DNA of 62,788 nucleotides, filler included, from Chiloscyllium plagiosum (Eukaryota): the NCBI RefSeq assembly GCF_004010195.1. It is 3 parts of one record of this genome, joined end to end, with 100 filler letters (N's around TTAATTAATTAA, not from the genome) between each part and the next. Parts side by side here need not be neighbours in the genome. Positions count along the whole stretch, not along the records: positions 1 to 31,619 come from NC_057713.1; 2 more parts are not named here. One strand, written 5' to 3'. Positions 13,112 through 25,609 of this stretch are shown one piece after another. Position 1 is the stretch's first letter; each line of letters begins with the position of its first letter. Made by a program: the position numbers and the translations under genes. Under the pieces are notes generated by a model. The model was given only the letters and a program-made list of their open reading frames with translations, was not told the origin of the DNA and did no database searches.

Positions 13112-13677
13112 TAAAAATTAACCTTCCAGCTCAGCAAGCAAATCTACATCCAGAATCTCAACCTGAGCTACAAATCTTCTCAAAACTTGCTAACTGTTAA
13201 CATTAAAGTGTAATCTGAACATTTGGTATTCAAGCAAAAGAACAATGCCATAATGTGTCTTGCTCACTAATTCACAAAAAAAGTATTTTTATTATTTGAT
13301 AGGCTGTTGGTGTCAATAACTAGGCCAGCTTTTGTTGCCCATCCCTAATTGCCCTGAGAAGGTAGTGTTAAGCCACTTCCTTGAACCACTATAGTGTATA
13401 GAACTCCCACAGTGATGTCCATAAGAGGGTTCTAGGACTTTTACCCACCAATAGTGAAGGAACAGCAATATAGTTCCAAACAAGAAAGATGTATGACTTG
13501 GAAGTGATGCAGCTGTTAGGCATCTGTGGCCCTGGTCCTTCTATGTGGAAATGGCCGCATATTTGGAAGGAAGCCTGTGTCAGTTACTACTATGCATATA
13601 TGCTATACATTGGTGCATTGGTGCTGGAGGAAATGAATGTTTAAGGCTTTGGATGAATAGACAATCTGATCTATCCT

Positions 13678-14900
13678 AATTTGGAGGTGCTGGTGTTGGA
13701 CTGAGGTGTACAAAGTTAAAAATCACACAATACCAGGTTATAGTCCAACAGGTTTATTTGGAAGCACTAGCTTTCGGAGCACTGCTCCTTCATCAGGCGG
13801 TTGTGGAGTATAAGATTGTAAGATACAGAATTTATAGTAAAAGTTTACAGTGAAATTATATATTGAAAAAGACCTGGATTCTTTGTTAAGTCTCTCATCT
13901 TTTAGAATGACCATGTTGGTTTCAATTCTTTCACATGTAAATCCCAGAACTTTTTTAGAGTTACATTCTCAAGTGAACTTTAACAATAGGTGCCATGGAG
14001 CATATGAGAGATAGCTTGTGTATGAAAGTGGGTCTGCATGAGCATATGGGTCTGTAGGTGTGTGTGTGTGTGTGTATAGTTTACTGGGGTCACCTGTAAT
14101 GTGTCGTGAACCCAAGGTCCTGGTTGAGGCAATCCCCATGGGTACCAAACTTGGCTATCAGCCTTTGCTTGGACACTTTGCGTTGTTGCCTGTCCTGAAG
14201 ACCGCTTTGGAGGATGATCACCCGCGGGTCTGAGGTTGAAAGTCCAGGGCTATTGAGGTGTTCTCTGACTTGGAGGGAACACTCCTGTCTGTTGATTGTT
14301 GTGCAGTGTCCATTCATCCATTGCTGTAGCCTCTGCTCAGTCTCGCAGGGCATCCTTGCCTGCAGTATATGAGATAGACAACATTGGCCGAGTCACATGA
14401 GTGCCTGGTATGAGGTGTCCCCATATGTAATGGTAGTATCCATGTCACACTCTGACACATCTTGCAGTGTTCGCTGTGACAAGGTTATATGGTGTTATCC
14501 AGAAAGCCAGGCAGTTTACTGCGAACAATGATCTCTTTGAGGTTTGGTGGTTATTTAAAGGCAAGAAGTGGAGGTGTGGGGAAGGTCTTGGTGAGGTGCT
14601 CATCTTCATTGATAATGTGTTGCAGGTGGCGAAGAGCTGACCTATTGTTAAAGTTCACTTGAGAATGTAACTTCTAAAAAGTTGTGGGATTTACATATGA
14701 AAGATGAGAGACTTAACAAACAATCCAGGTCTTTTTCAATATTTAATTTCAGTTACATCATACTGTAAACTTTTGCTATAAATTCTGTGTCTTATAATCC
14801 TGTACTCCACAACCACCTGATGAAGGAGCAGCGCTCTGCAAACTAGTGCTTCCAAATAAACCTGTTGGGCTATAACCTAGTGTGGTGTGGTTTTTAACTT
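13678..14900 (-). mobile_element. Penelope-like insertion bounded by inverted pLTRs, 11-bp TSD
   Basis: GIY-YIG fragment (CETEQRLQQWMNGH...KQRLIAKFGTH); about 13715-13990 and 14640-14900 are inverted copies; TSD tgatctatcct at 13667-13677 and 14901-14911. Confidence 0.85.
13765..13799 (-). ncRNA. Minimal hammerhead ribozyme motif (family 2)
   Basis: Minus: CTGATGA-A-GGAGC-AGT-GCTCC-GAAA-GCTA-GTG. Confidence 0.65.
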
Positions 14901-15616
14901 TGATCTATCCTGAATGGTGTTGAGCTACTTGAGTATTATTGGTGATGCACTTATCTGGACAAATGGACAGTATTCCATCATACTCCTGACTTGTGCATTG
15001 TAGATGGTGGACATGTTTGGGAATTCATGTAGTGACCTACATAATTCTCAGCTTCAGACATTTTTTGACAGCCACAGTATTTAAATAGCTAGTGCAGTTC
15101 AGTTTCTGGTCAAGGGCAAATTCTATATGTTAATGTTGAGGAATACAGTGATATTAGTACCATTGAATTATTAAATGTAAAGATCCATAGTGTAAATATG
15201 AAAAAAAAATCAGAATGTTGTTCAGGAATTTGGATCTCAATATATTACATCAGAAGATGTGCCAAGGGTTTTAGCACAGCAAACATCTATCAGATTAATG
15301 CTTAAATTACTGTGTCGAATTTGGCTTATGATTTCATAGCTCTAAACAAGGGCACTGAGCCTCTGGCATAACACGTCCAAGTCCTTCATGCTAATATGTT
15401 TGTTGTTATCCAGTTTATAAAGGGAAAATTAATGAAATAAAGGTCAGTATTGTGACTGCCATTAAGTAATGACTTAAAAAGTCTAATGCAATTATTTCAG
15501 TGGAAAAGGAAAATCACTTGCTGATACTGATAGAGAGGAAGAATTTAATCTGCTTTTTTAAAAGAAGTTCATATTGCCAAGGTATTTAATCAGTTAAGAA
15601 ATGTTGGGTTCTGAAA

Positions 15617-15909
15617 TTAGATTACTTACAGTGTAGAAACTGGCCCTTCGGCCCAACAAGTCCACAGCAACCCGCCGAAGCACAACCCACCCATACGTTT
15701 ACCCATTCACCTATCACTACGGTCAACTTAGCATGACCAATTCACCTGACCTGCACATCCTTGGACTGTGGGAGGAAACCAGAGCACCCGGAGGAAACCC
15801 ACGCAGACAATATGCGAACTCCACACAGTCAGTTGTCTGAGGCAGGAACTGAACCCGGGTCTCTGGCGGTGTGAGGCAGCAGTGCTAACCACTGTGCCAC
15901 CATGCCACC
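15617..15909 (-). mobile_element. HE1-like SINE
   Basis: Same head, body and tail as 11371-11682. Confidence 0.9.
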
Positions 15910-16265
15910 CACATGTTTACATCTTGGATTGCTGGACATGCACTGAAATGAGAGTTTTTAGATTAATGCATTTATTTTTGTTTGCTAATTTTCGATAGCA
16001 TAATTTCAGACACCCTTCGTTTCTTTGACCATAACTGTGATCGATTCAGTTTGTGTTGTCTCAGTTGATTTCTTTTCTCTTCTTTCCTGCTTGTCTCACT
16101 TAATATAGTCAGAGAAGAATAAATATTAATATTGGAAGTAACCACTTCTGTGGTAAGAAAAAATCCATAGTAGATTCTCCTACGGTTGAGTTGGCTGGTA
16201 AAGCTACCAAACTTATAAAAATGTTTGTTTAAAGTAGACTTAAAGTTTCCTGAATTTCATAATTA

Positions 16266-16364
16266 GTTAAAAGTCACACAACACCAGGTTATAGTCCAAC
16301 AGGTTTAATTGGAAGCACACTAGCTTTCGGAGCGACGCTCCTTCATCAGGTGATAATCACCTCA
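16266..16364 (-). mobile_element. About 100-bp Penelope pLTR-only insertion with 10-bp TSD
   Basis: Near-identical to 10360-10447; TSD ttcataatta at 16256-16265 and 16365-16374. Confidence 0.8.
16318..16352 (-). ncRNA. Minimal type I hammerhead ribozyme (family 2)
   Basis: Identical to the motif at 10411-10445. Confidence 0.7.
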
Positions 16365-17813
16365 TTCATAATTAATGGTGGTGCTGGTGCTGAAATCTCC
16401 TCAAGGAGCTAAAAGTTGTTAGTAAAAAAAATGTTTTTTTCAGCTTTGTAGTTTCAGCCAGGGAGAGGATAAAACATCAAGGATGACCTGTATAATTGTA
16501 ATAATGCTGAGTGAACAAAGTGTGGCACAGACATAGACTATATTGAGTGCTCCCTTCATTTGTTTGCTATTATTTTAAACACTATTTAATACTTTTAAAT
16601 GCTGTTAAGAACTTTTACAAGCTTATTAATTGCTTTCTGGGATTCAATAAAACAACACATAACTTTTAAACATTTTAATATCTTTTGAATAAATGAGAAT
16701 GTTCATTGGACAGCCTATAAAAGAGACAAACTAACTAAAATAAGCAGTTACTTGATTTGTACTATTTACTTCTTTACAGAAAGTAAGATGACACTACAAA
16801 TGGCAGGTGAGAGAAAATGAACAACTTTAGAAACTCAGTACAGATAATATTTCAAGTCCAATAAGACTCTTCAAAAGTCTTTAGCACTGATACGATTGGA
16901 GGCATGTGTCACCAGGTTCTTGGAAATGGTTTTGTGAGATGCCTTGAAAAATTAATATTTTGATATGGAAGGACATTATTAAGGCTGAGATAACTAACAG
17001 CTCTCCTTCACAAACTAAAACCACACCTTTGTCAGACCATTCTTTACAGTTTTCAGTTGCAATACCAATGATTCCAGACTACAACACATTGAGTCTACGC
17101 TGACCTGACCTACTTTTACCAAGATAGCTTTGTTGCTATTGGTAACTTTAAATTTGATGTTGTATTGCATCTGAAAGCTGATATTCCAGTATCGAGTCTC
17201 ATAAGTGGTGCGTTCACGCTCAACACAAATTCACAGTGGAATTAGATGGAGATGCCCATACATTCTTACTATGGAAAAGCTTAATCCTAAATTCTCAAGT
17301 GCCAAATATTTTTTCGACCTTTAGGCAAAGAATAGATGTTGGTCCAGAGTCACAGATACTGAAAACGTTTGGAAAACCTTTCAATACGTATTGTTTCCTA
17401 GATTCTATTTGAATATATTCCAACAATATTTGGATTGTACCAAGTTGTCTCTATGTATTACAGATGGCAGTAAAGTCTTTCGAAAAAAGATTAAATTCTA
17501 ACACTTATTGCTTGTAAGGGCGATACAGGCAGAAACCCTCATAAAAAAATAAGAAGTATTTAGATACGCACTTGCAATGCCAAGCCATACAAATCTGTAG
17601 GCCAAATGCTGAGAAATAGGATTAGAATTGTTAAATGATTGATTTTGACCAGTGCAAATGTGAAAGGTCAAAGGGCCTTTTCCTGTACTGTATATCTCTA
17701 TTGCTGTTGACACAAACTCCATCAGAATAATGGCAAGGAAATAGTAAAAATGTCAAATCAACATGAACCAAATCTGTTTATTCTACTTGTTTACATCTAC
17801 TTGTAAAATGGTA

Positions 17814-18197
17814 GGAGAAAGTGAGGACTGCAGATGCTGGAGATTAGAGTCAAAATGTGTGGTGCTGGAAAAGCACGGCTGGTCAAGCAGCATCCGAGGA
17901 GCAGGAGAGTCAATGGTTCGAGCATAAACTCTTCATCAAGAATGTGGGTGGGGGTTGTGGGGGGGAAAGGGGGCTTACGGATAAGTGGGAGGGGTGGGAC
18001 TGTGGCAAGGGTAGCATTCCCAGCTACTTTTTCTCCAGCCCCACCTCCCTATCATTTATCTCTCCCACTTAGTTTTCCCCACCCCCCCCCCCCCCCCACG
18101 ACATTTCTGATGAAGAGCTTATGCTCGAAACATCAACTCTCCTGCTCCTGAGATGCTGCCAGACTGGCTAGGCTTTTTCCAACATCACACTTCTTGA
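17814..18197. mobile_element. Fold-back Penelope pLTR insertion with 17-bp TSD
   Basis: Inverted pLTR arms; TSD ctacttgtaaaat(g/a)gta at 17797-17813 and 18198-18214; hammerhead-like ctgatgaagagcttatgctcgaaacatc at about 18107. Confidence 0.8.
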
Positions 18198-18469
18198 CTA
18201 CTTGTAAAATAGTATCTGACTTGAACATACCATAATAAAGGCATAGAGAAATTGCCAAAACAATGAAACAAAATGACTTGCAAAGTTAGTTTGCTTTCAT
18301 CAACGTTTTATCCCTGTAAGTTTGGAGTTTTTTCTCCAGAGTTCCTGTTCTTTGAGATCTTCTCTGCAAAGATACACCTAATAACTAGCAGGAAGATCAC
18401 CGGCATATTGTCCATTTACTCAAAAATGGCTATAATTGAGGAATTGTGTTTTACAACAACTGAATTGAA

Positions 18470-19290
18470 ACAGTCCAAGTCCAAATGCACCAAGACCTGG
18501 AAAACATCCAGGCTTGTGCTGAAAAGTGGCAAGTAACATTCATACCACACAAAAACAGACCATTTCCAGTAAGAGAAAATCTAACCATTACCCCTTGACA
18601 TTCAATAGCTTTACCAAAACTGAATGCCACACTATCAACATCCTGGGTGTTGCCATTGATCAGAAACTGAATTGGACTAGCTACATAAATGCAGTAACTA
18701 CAAGAGCAGGTCAGATGCCAGGAAACTTGCAACAAGTAACTCATTTTTGACTTCCACAGCCTGTCCAACATCTACAAGACACAAGTCAGGAGTGTGATCG
18801 AATACTCTCCACTTGCCTAGATGAGTGCTACTCCACCAAAAAAGCAGAAGCTTGACACCATTCAGGATAAAGCAGCCCATTTCACTGGCATCACATTCAC
18901 AAAGATCCACTCCTTCCACTCCTAACACTCAATAGCAGCAGCATGTACTATCAGAAGATGTACAACAGAAATCTGCCAAGGCTACTTAGACAGCACCTTC
19001 CAAACTCATGACCCTTTCCGTATAAAAGGATATACATGGCAGATATATGTGGAACACCACCTCCAGCTTCCCCTCCAGCCACTCACCATCATGATGTGGA
19101 AATATGCTACCATAATTTCAGTGTCATTGAGTTAAAATGCTGGATTTTCCTCCATAATTACATTGTGGATCTAGCTACAGCACATTGACTTTAAGAAGGT
19201 CACTCACCATTAGCTTCTCAAAACAATTATGAATGGGCACTAAACGCTGGCCAGTCAATGATGTCCATATCCCATGAGTGAATATAAAAC
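18470..19290 (+). mobile_element. CR1-clade LINE (family 2) 3' end
   Basis: INILGVAIDQKLNWTSYINAV and IYKTQVRSVIEYS-type RT C-terminal motifs followed by a 3'UTR. Confidence 0.75.
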
Positions 19291-19329
19291 AGGTAGTCCC
19301 TCTATGTTTGCCACATTGGAAACCGAGGA

Positions 19330-20520
19330 ATCCCAGGAAGGCCTTGGACCATTCCTATTAGAGGATGACCAACTCAATGAGTTTGGTTCTAAGATCCTGA
19401 CACTAGTTCAGGCAAACTAATCTATAATTGAAAGGGGAACTTCTGTCCTAGCGTTTGGAATAAAAGCATTTCCACTCTTGTACTTATTTGGCAAGCAGTT
19501 CACTATTCACACTGACCACAAATTGTTAGAAATTGTCTCTCAAAACCCACTCACATATGCATCTCTACAACTGTGCCTATAAGGATGCAAGGATATGATT
19601 TAGAAGTACAGTGCAATTCTTGATCCCACATGATTATACCTAATGCTCTTGGCTGACTTCCAAATGCTGCTATTTGGTTAGACCTACAGGTAGGTATTAT
19701 TGAACCTGAACTAGAAGATAGTCTCGCACAATCATTTTGGTCACACATTTTAGTCATGGCCTAAAAGAACCACTCCATCAAGCCAGGTCATATTGTAACC
19801 AGCTGCATCTGCTCAAAAAGAGTGTCATCAGTAGATAACCTGAATGGATTCAAAATGCTGCCAAGCAAATATGCCTTTTCTGGACATTCAGATGCATAAT
19901 GATTGGAACAAGAGATTGGAATGTAAAACATGTCAATTTCATCAACTTCAACAACTGAAAGAACCTTTCCTTCCTTCTGAATTTTCTTTGAGATGTGGTG
20001 CAAGACTGCAATTAATATTTTCCATGTCTAAGAATATGGTTACATTCTAGTGACTATTTTATCAATTGCCTTTTGTATGACAAATCAAAAATAAACCTCA
20101 TGCAACAGTTGATGACACAGTGACCACCCTATTCAGTATGCTTGGTGTTCCGCCTGGCACAGTGGTTAGCACTGCTACTTCACAGCGCCAGAGACCTGGG
20201 TTCAATTCCCACCTTAGGCGACTGACTGTGTGGAGTTTGCACATTATCCCCGTGTCTGCGTGGGTTTCCTCTGGGTGCTCTGGTTTCCTCCCACAGTCCA
20301 AAAAAATGTGCAGGTTAGGCGAATTGGCTATGCTAAAATTGCTTATAGTGTTAGGGGAATGGGTCTGAGTGGGTTGTGCTTTGGCAGGTCGGTGTGGACT
20401 TGTCCGAAGGCTACAGTTTCCAGACTGTAAGTAATCAAATCTAAATGGTGTCTAACAACAATTCACAATACATTTATGTATCCTTCCAAGAACTGGGGTA
20501 GCCAAAACATTACCTCTACT
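19330..20520 (+). mobile_element. Degenerate Ty3/Gypsy pol fragment (RNase H to integrase), split by a SINE
   Basis: LYLFGKQFTIHTDHKLLEI (RNase H), CKTCQ (integrase Zn finger) and VSNNNSQY (SDNGPQY-like) after the SINE. Confidence 0.65.
20153..20443 (+). mobile_element. HE1-like SINE
   Basis: tggcacagtggttagcactg A box, gggttcaattccc B box, tail gtaagtaatcaaatcta. Confidence 0.9.
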
Positions 20521-20624
20521 CCATAGAAACATTGGTGAGCCTGCATTAGAATAAAGATTTTTAGAGGGTTGGCTGAAAGCTTAGGCTGAGAGATGTGTTT
20601 TAAGAAATATCTCAAAAAGGGACA

Positions 20625-21012
20625 ATGGTAGGCAAACTCGAACCTCACACCTTTTATGCATTGTCTGAGCTAAGATGTCACCTTTTATTTATAAAACTTA
20701 TAAAAGTTATCTTGGGACTGTGACTTGAAAGAAGTTCTGGGATTTGCATATTAATCACTCAAAACCTGCATCCCTATTTGAAGTGATTAAAGACTTAACA
20801 ACAATCTAGGTTTGTTCAATACTTTGCATCATTTGTATGATACTTTGATCTTTTATTTCAACTCTGTGTCTTATGAGCCTGCCCCACTAACTACCTGATG
20901 AAGGAGCAGTGCTCCAAAACATTGCACTTGCAGTTAAACGTGTTGGACTATAACCTGGTGTTGTGTGATTTTAAACCTTTTTCCACCCTAGTCCAAAACC
21001 GGCACCTACACA
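20625..21012 (+). mobile_element. Penelope pLTR fragment (family 2) with decayed hammerhead motif
   Basis: cctgatgaaggagcagtgctccaaaac...tgttggactataacctggtgttgtgtgatt, homologous to 14640-14900. Confidence 0.7.
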
Positions 21013-21262
21013 TCACAGAAAAATTTGAGAGACGAGTTCCCAGAATAAAGAGGTGAGCTGGTTGAAGGCATAGCTGAAACTTATGAGGTGAATGTGGCTG
21101 GCTCACACATGGCTAGAGTCAATGGAATACAGAGCTTTCAGAAAGTTAGGGAGGGGCAAGGCTATAGAAGGATTAAACATGAGGATATGAATTACAAATT
21201 TGAGGCATTGGTGCCAGGAAATTAAGATCAATCAACAGCATGGGGTTAATATGGAATAGGAT

Positions 21263-21612
21263 AAGGGTAGCAGTTTGACATCTGAAATGCATGGAGTATG
21301 ATGGATGATCAAAAATTAGAACTTAGGAAACCTTTACTTATACTTAAAAAATACTATTTTCTTGGAAGGGCTTGATGTTTCAGATATGTTCAATGAACCA
21401 TACCTAGGACTAATAGAGGATCAACATGTATTAGAGTTCTGATTTGGTCTTAAAGAATCAGATGTGATTTTCTTGCTTTATACAAGGGTAGCAGTTTGAC
21501 ATCTGAAATGCATGGAGTATGATGGATGATCAAAAATTAGAACTTAGGAAACCTTTACTTATACTTCTGATTTGGTCTTAAAGAATCAGATGTGATTTTC
21601 TTGCTTTATACA
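21263..21612. repeat. Local complex duplication A-x-B-A-B
   Basis: A (83 bp) 21263-21345 = 21484-21566; B (48 bp) 21437-21484 = 21565-21612; exact copies. Confidence 0.9.
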
Positions 21613-22299
21613 GTTAACAAAATTTGTACATAAAAGTGACTTATGCCTCTGATGTTTCCCTGCAGGAGCCTAAAATGATCCAGAAGCATAGAACATGAGA
21701 GCTGTGCTGAGGAAAAATCACAGTAGGTGGACACAGTAAGCACTAAATTTTTTAACTTCTCATAGAGAGACAAAATAGATTTTTTTAAAATTATTCAATT
21801 ATTTATTCAATATAATTGAAATCCTCCAAAATGATATAGAGCAACACAACAGACCTATTAGAAAGAATGTTAAGAGCTGATTCTGCAATTGGATATTCCT
21901 CCAACTGAGTGCATCTTAGGAAATTATGAGTGCATGAGTGGGATTTCCCTGTGACTGCCACTCCTGAGTGCTCCCGAACATGAAACCACTCTTGGGGCCC
22001 TCATTACAGATTCTCTTCAGTCGTCCAAATAAATTCTTTCTGCAGTTATGATGCAGTTCTTAGATTGAGTAAAGTTTACTTCAAAATTGTGCCAGAAATA
22101 TTACATGAAATCTTGAGCAGAATCTCCAAAGTCCATTTGAAATATTTAGCCAGGCTGGAGAGGAAACAAAATTGGGTGGAAGGCCAAAATTCAGATTCCT
22201 GAGGGTAGGAAAGGTTTTGGTGTTAACTTCTTAGAACCTTTTAGGTGCATCAGCTTTCCAAATGGTGCTGTTTGGGAATCACTTTTGAATTTTTCGGAG

Positions 22300-22535
22300 T
22301 CAGGGGCATTTGGTAATATCACTAGGCTAACAACCCAGAACCGTGGCTATTTTTCTGGGGATACGTGTTTCAACTTTACCATGTCATTGGTGAAATTTGA
22401 ATTCAATTTAAAACTTTTGGGATTTAAAAGTGAGTCTTATGGTGATCATGTAACAATTATTGATTGTCATAAAAAAAACTTGTTTATTAGTGTCCTTGAG
22501 GGAAGGTAATCTGCCACTCTTATCTGGTCTGGCCT
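22300..22535 (+). mobile_element. MetaSINE-like SINE (5' part)
   Basis: tRNA-like head tggtaatatcactagg...tttcaac followed by ggaaggtaatctgccactcttatctggtctggcct (start of a Meta-like domain). Confidence 0.5.
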
Positions 22536-22831
22536 GTTTGTACGAGCTCCTTCAGAGCTCAAACCTCCAAATGTGTATAAATAAGAAAACATAAACCAAA
22601 TGAAAACAGATAGTGGAAACATTAGTTAAGGACTTTATGTTGTAATACAAGACTGACTGAAACATGTAAGCAGTATTCAGCTACCTATAACATTGATATT
22701 TCAACCAGATCAAGTAACTCTGTCAATTCTGAACAGAAGGACAATGCACACTCAAGAATATTGATGATGGGAATGCTCTGTGATGGAATGTTCAATGGTC
22801 AGGATATCCAAATCTGCAAGACTTTTGATTT

Positions 22832-24840
22832 AAAAAGAACAAAAGAACAAAACAGAAGTACTGCACAGGCTGATGAAGGCAAGCATGCCATATACCTTCT
22901 TAATTACCTTGGCCACCTGTGTTGCCACTTTTAGGGAACTGTGGACCTGCACGCCAAGATCTGTCTGTACGTTAATGTTCCTAAGGGTTCTGTCATTTAC
23001 ATTATATTTCACACCTAAGTTTGATCCTGCAAACTGCATCACTTCGCATTTGTCTGGATTAATTTCCATCTGTCATTTCTGTGCCCAAGTTGTCAACCCT
23101 TGAGCTACAGGGAGAGGTTGAATAATCTGGGGCTGTTTTTTTGTCGAATGTTGGAGGCTTAAAGGTGACATTAGAGATAAAATCATAAAATCATGAGGGA
23201 CATGGATAGGGTAAATAGACAAGGTATTTTCCCCAGGGTGGGGAAGTTCATACCTAGAGGGCGTAGGTTTAGGGTGAGAGGGGAAAGATTTAAAAGGGAC
23301 CTAATGGGCAACTTTTTCATGCAGAGGGTGTTGCATGTATGGAATGGGCTGTCAGAGGAAGTGGTAGAAGCTGGTACAATTCCAACATTTAAAAGGCATC
23401 TGGATGGGCAGATGAATAGGAATGGTTTAGTGGAAATGGGACAAATGCTGGCAAATGGAACTAGATTAATTTAGGATATCTGGTTGGCATGGACGAGTTG
23501 GACTGAAAGGTCTGTTTCTGTGCTGTACATCTCTATGACTCTATGATTCTACCTACATCCTGTTATATCTTTTCACAATTGTCAGCACTATTAGCAACTT
23601 CATCACTCTTCATGTCATCTGCAAACTGTATAGCATTGCTATTTATTTCCCCATGTTCTCTATCTTCTGTATTCTTCTCCACAATAAACTCTGTCACAAA
23701 ATACTTCTTTAGTATCGCCCCATCTCCTGCGGTTTGACACATGGGGTGGCCTTGCTGATCTTTAAGAGGCCCTTTTCTCTCTCTTTTTATTCTTTTGTTC
23801 TTAATGTATTTATAAAATCCCTTTGGAATCTACTTAACCCCAATTGCCAAAACTATCTCATATCCCCTTTTTGCCCTCCTGATTTCCCTCTTGAGTATAC
23901 TTCTACTGCCTTTAAACTCTTTCAGGCATTCACTTGATCCCTGACATATGCCTCATTCTTATTCCTGACCAAAACCTTAATTTCTCGAGTCATCCAGCAT
24001 TCTCTACACCTACCAGCCTTGCCCTTCACCCTAACTGACTTCTCTTTGAAATTTGCTTCTCCATTTCCCATTGACTATTGGAAGATCTATAGTACAATAG
24101 GGGATTATCCCTATCTTATGTCTCACTTCCACCCAAATAACTTCCCTAGACGTATTTCCATGAATATCCTCCCTAAATACAGCTGTAACGTTATCCATAA
24201 TCAAAAACGCTAATCACCCCCTCCTCTCTTGCACCTCTCCCCTCCACCTCTCTTCTATCCTTCCTACAGCATTTACACTCTGGAACATTAAACTGCTATT
24301 CCTGGCCATCCCTGAGTCATATCCCTATCATTGCTTTCATATCCCAGTCCCATATTCCTAACCATGCCCTGAGTTCATCTGCCTTACCTGTCAGGCCTCT
24401 TGCATTGAAATAAATGCAATTTAAATATCAGTCCTACCTCATTCTCTACTTTGTTCTTGCCTGCCTCACTGTTTCACTTGCTCCTTCTCCCAACTACACT
24501 AGGCTCAGACTGATTTCCTTCCTCATTATTGCTCTGTCTCCCACCTCTCCTCACTACTTATATCCTCTGGAGCAACTGGAGCAAAACTCCCCGCCAGTAC
24601 ATTAGTCCCCTTCCAATTCAGGTGCAATCTGTCCTTCTTATATAGGTCACTTCTACCGCAGAAGACATTCCAATGAACCAGAAATGTGAATCCTTCTCCT
24701 CTGCACCAGCTCCTCAGCCTTGCATTCATCTGTTCCATTCTTCTATTCCCACCCTCACTGCTTCATGGCACCAGGCGTAATCCAAATATAGTACAATAAA
24801 CCCTTGAGGACCTACTTTTTAAATTCCTGCCTAACTTCCT
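22832..24840 (-). mobile_element. Internally deleted CR1 LINE (ORF1 esterase, EN/RT pieces, 3' tail) with a nested plus-strand CR1
   Basis: MEINPDKCEVM...VIKKVYGMLAFIS, a FADD-like motif at about 23610-23625, LYKKDRLHLNWKGTNVLA (ORF1). Confidence 0.8.
23100..23550 (+). mobile_element. CR1 LINE 3' end inserted into the minus-strand CR1
   Basis: RGERFKRDLMGNFFMQRV..WNGL RT C-terminus and a (ctctatga)n tail; host reading resumes at 23551. Confidence 0.85.
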
Positions 24841-25139
24841 GGAATTCCCTCATTCAATGGTGTGTAAAAGAATCTCTGGATAGAAAAAAGGAAAATAAGT
24901 ATTGGGTTGTTCAGGTGGAATGCCTTACTTTTTCCTCTAACTCTATTTTGATTTAGTCGTTTCCATGTCTGCTGTTTTTTCCCTCACTTTTGTTGCCGTT
25001 GCACTGCCTCAATGGGCTTTGCATATAAATTTGTAATTTAGTTAGAGACACAAGTGATTTGTTAATGGAGGAAGAAGGTAAAAAGTAATATGAGTGGTGG
25101 AAAAAAAACATTCAGTGGTTCATAAAGTAGTTTTTATTA

Positions 25140-25440
25140 TAATTTATTCTTGGGATGTAGGTGTGCCAACTTTTATTGCCCAGAAGGCAGTTAAGAGTCA
25201 ACCACGTTGCCATAGGTCTGGAGTTACATTTAAGGCAAACCAGTTAAGGATGATAGATTTCTTTCCAAAAAGGACATCGAACCAGATAGGACTTTCCTCA
25301 CAATTGGCAATGATTTCACGATTATCATTGTTATTATTAAACTCTTATTTCTAGATTTTTATTGAACCCAGGTCCCCAGACTATTGTATGGGTCTCTGGA
25401 TTAATAGTCTAGTAATGATACCACTTTGCTATCATCTACC
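25140..25440 (-). mobile_element. MetaSINE-like SINE
   Basis: ggcagttaagagtcaaccacgttgccataggtctggagttacat plus a tRNA-like head at about 25360-25430. Confidence 0.55.
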
Positions 25441-25609
25441 CCTATCACTGCAGAATGAAAAACTGCAGTGCGTTCTTCTCTAGTGGGAAGTTGGTGCTGG
25501 ATAGGCAAAGGGTCCAAAAGAGAAACGTCTGAACTATAAATTTACAATAAAATCCTTGTAAATCTCAGAAAGTCTTTTGCTGCCTAATTACCATATGGGT
25601 ATGAGTTTA

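Larger units (their letters stand above)
12140..13192 (+). mobile_element. Penelope-like element (third family), internally deleted, interrupted by a SINE
   Basis: SDAEKAVLVRGLNYN (N-terminal region), SHLYSVFKKNGYP (RT C-terminus), VIYKIPCKNCNKHYIGQTGRKLATRIHEH (GIY-YIG). Confidence 0.85.
13270..15170 (-). mobile_element. CR1-clade LINE (family 2) 3' fragment, split by a Penelope insertion
   Basis: Homologous to 18470-19290 and 29870-30700; continuous across the 13678-14900 insertion. Confidence 0.6.

Noticed and set aside
20153..20230. tRNA genes at SINE heads (A/B boxes)
   Set aside because: They continue into the HE1-like SINE body and tail; not standalone tRNAs
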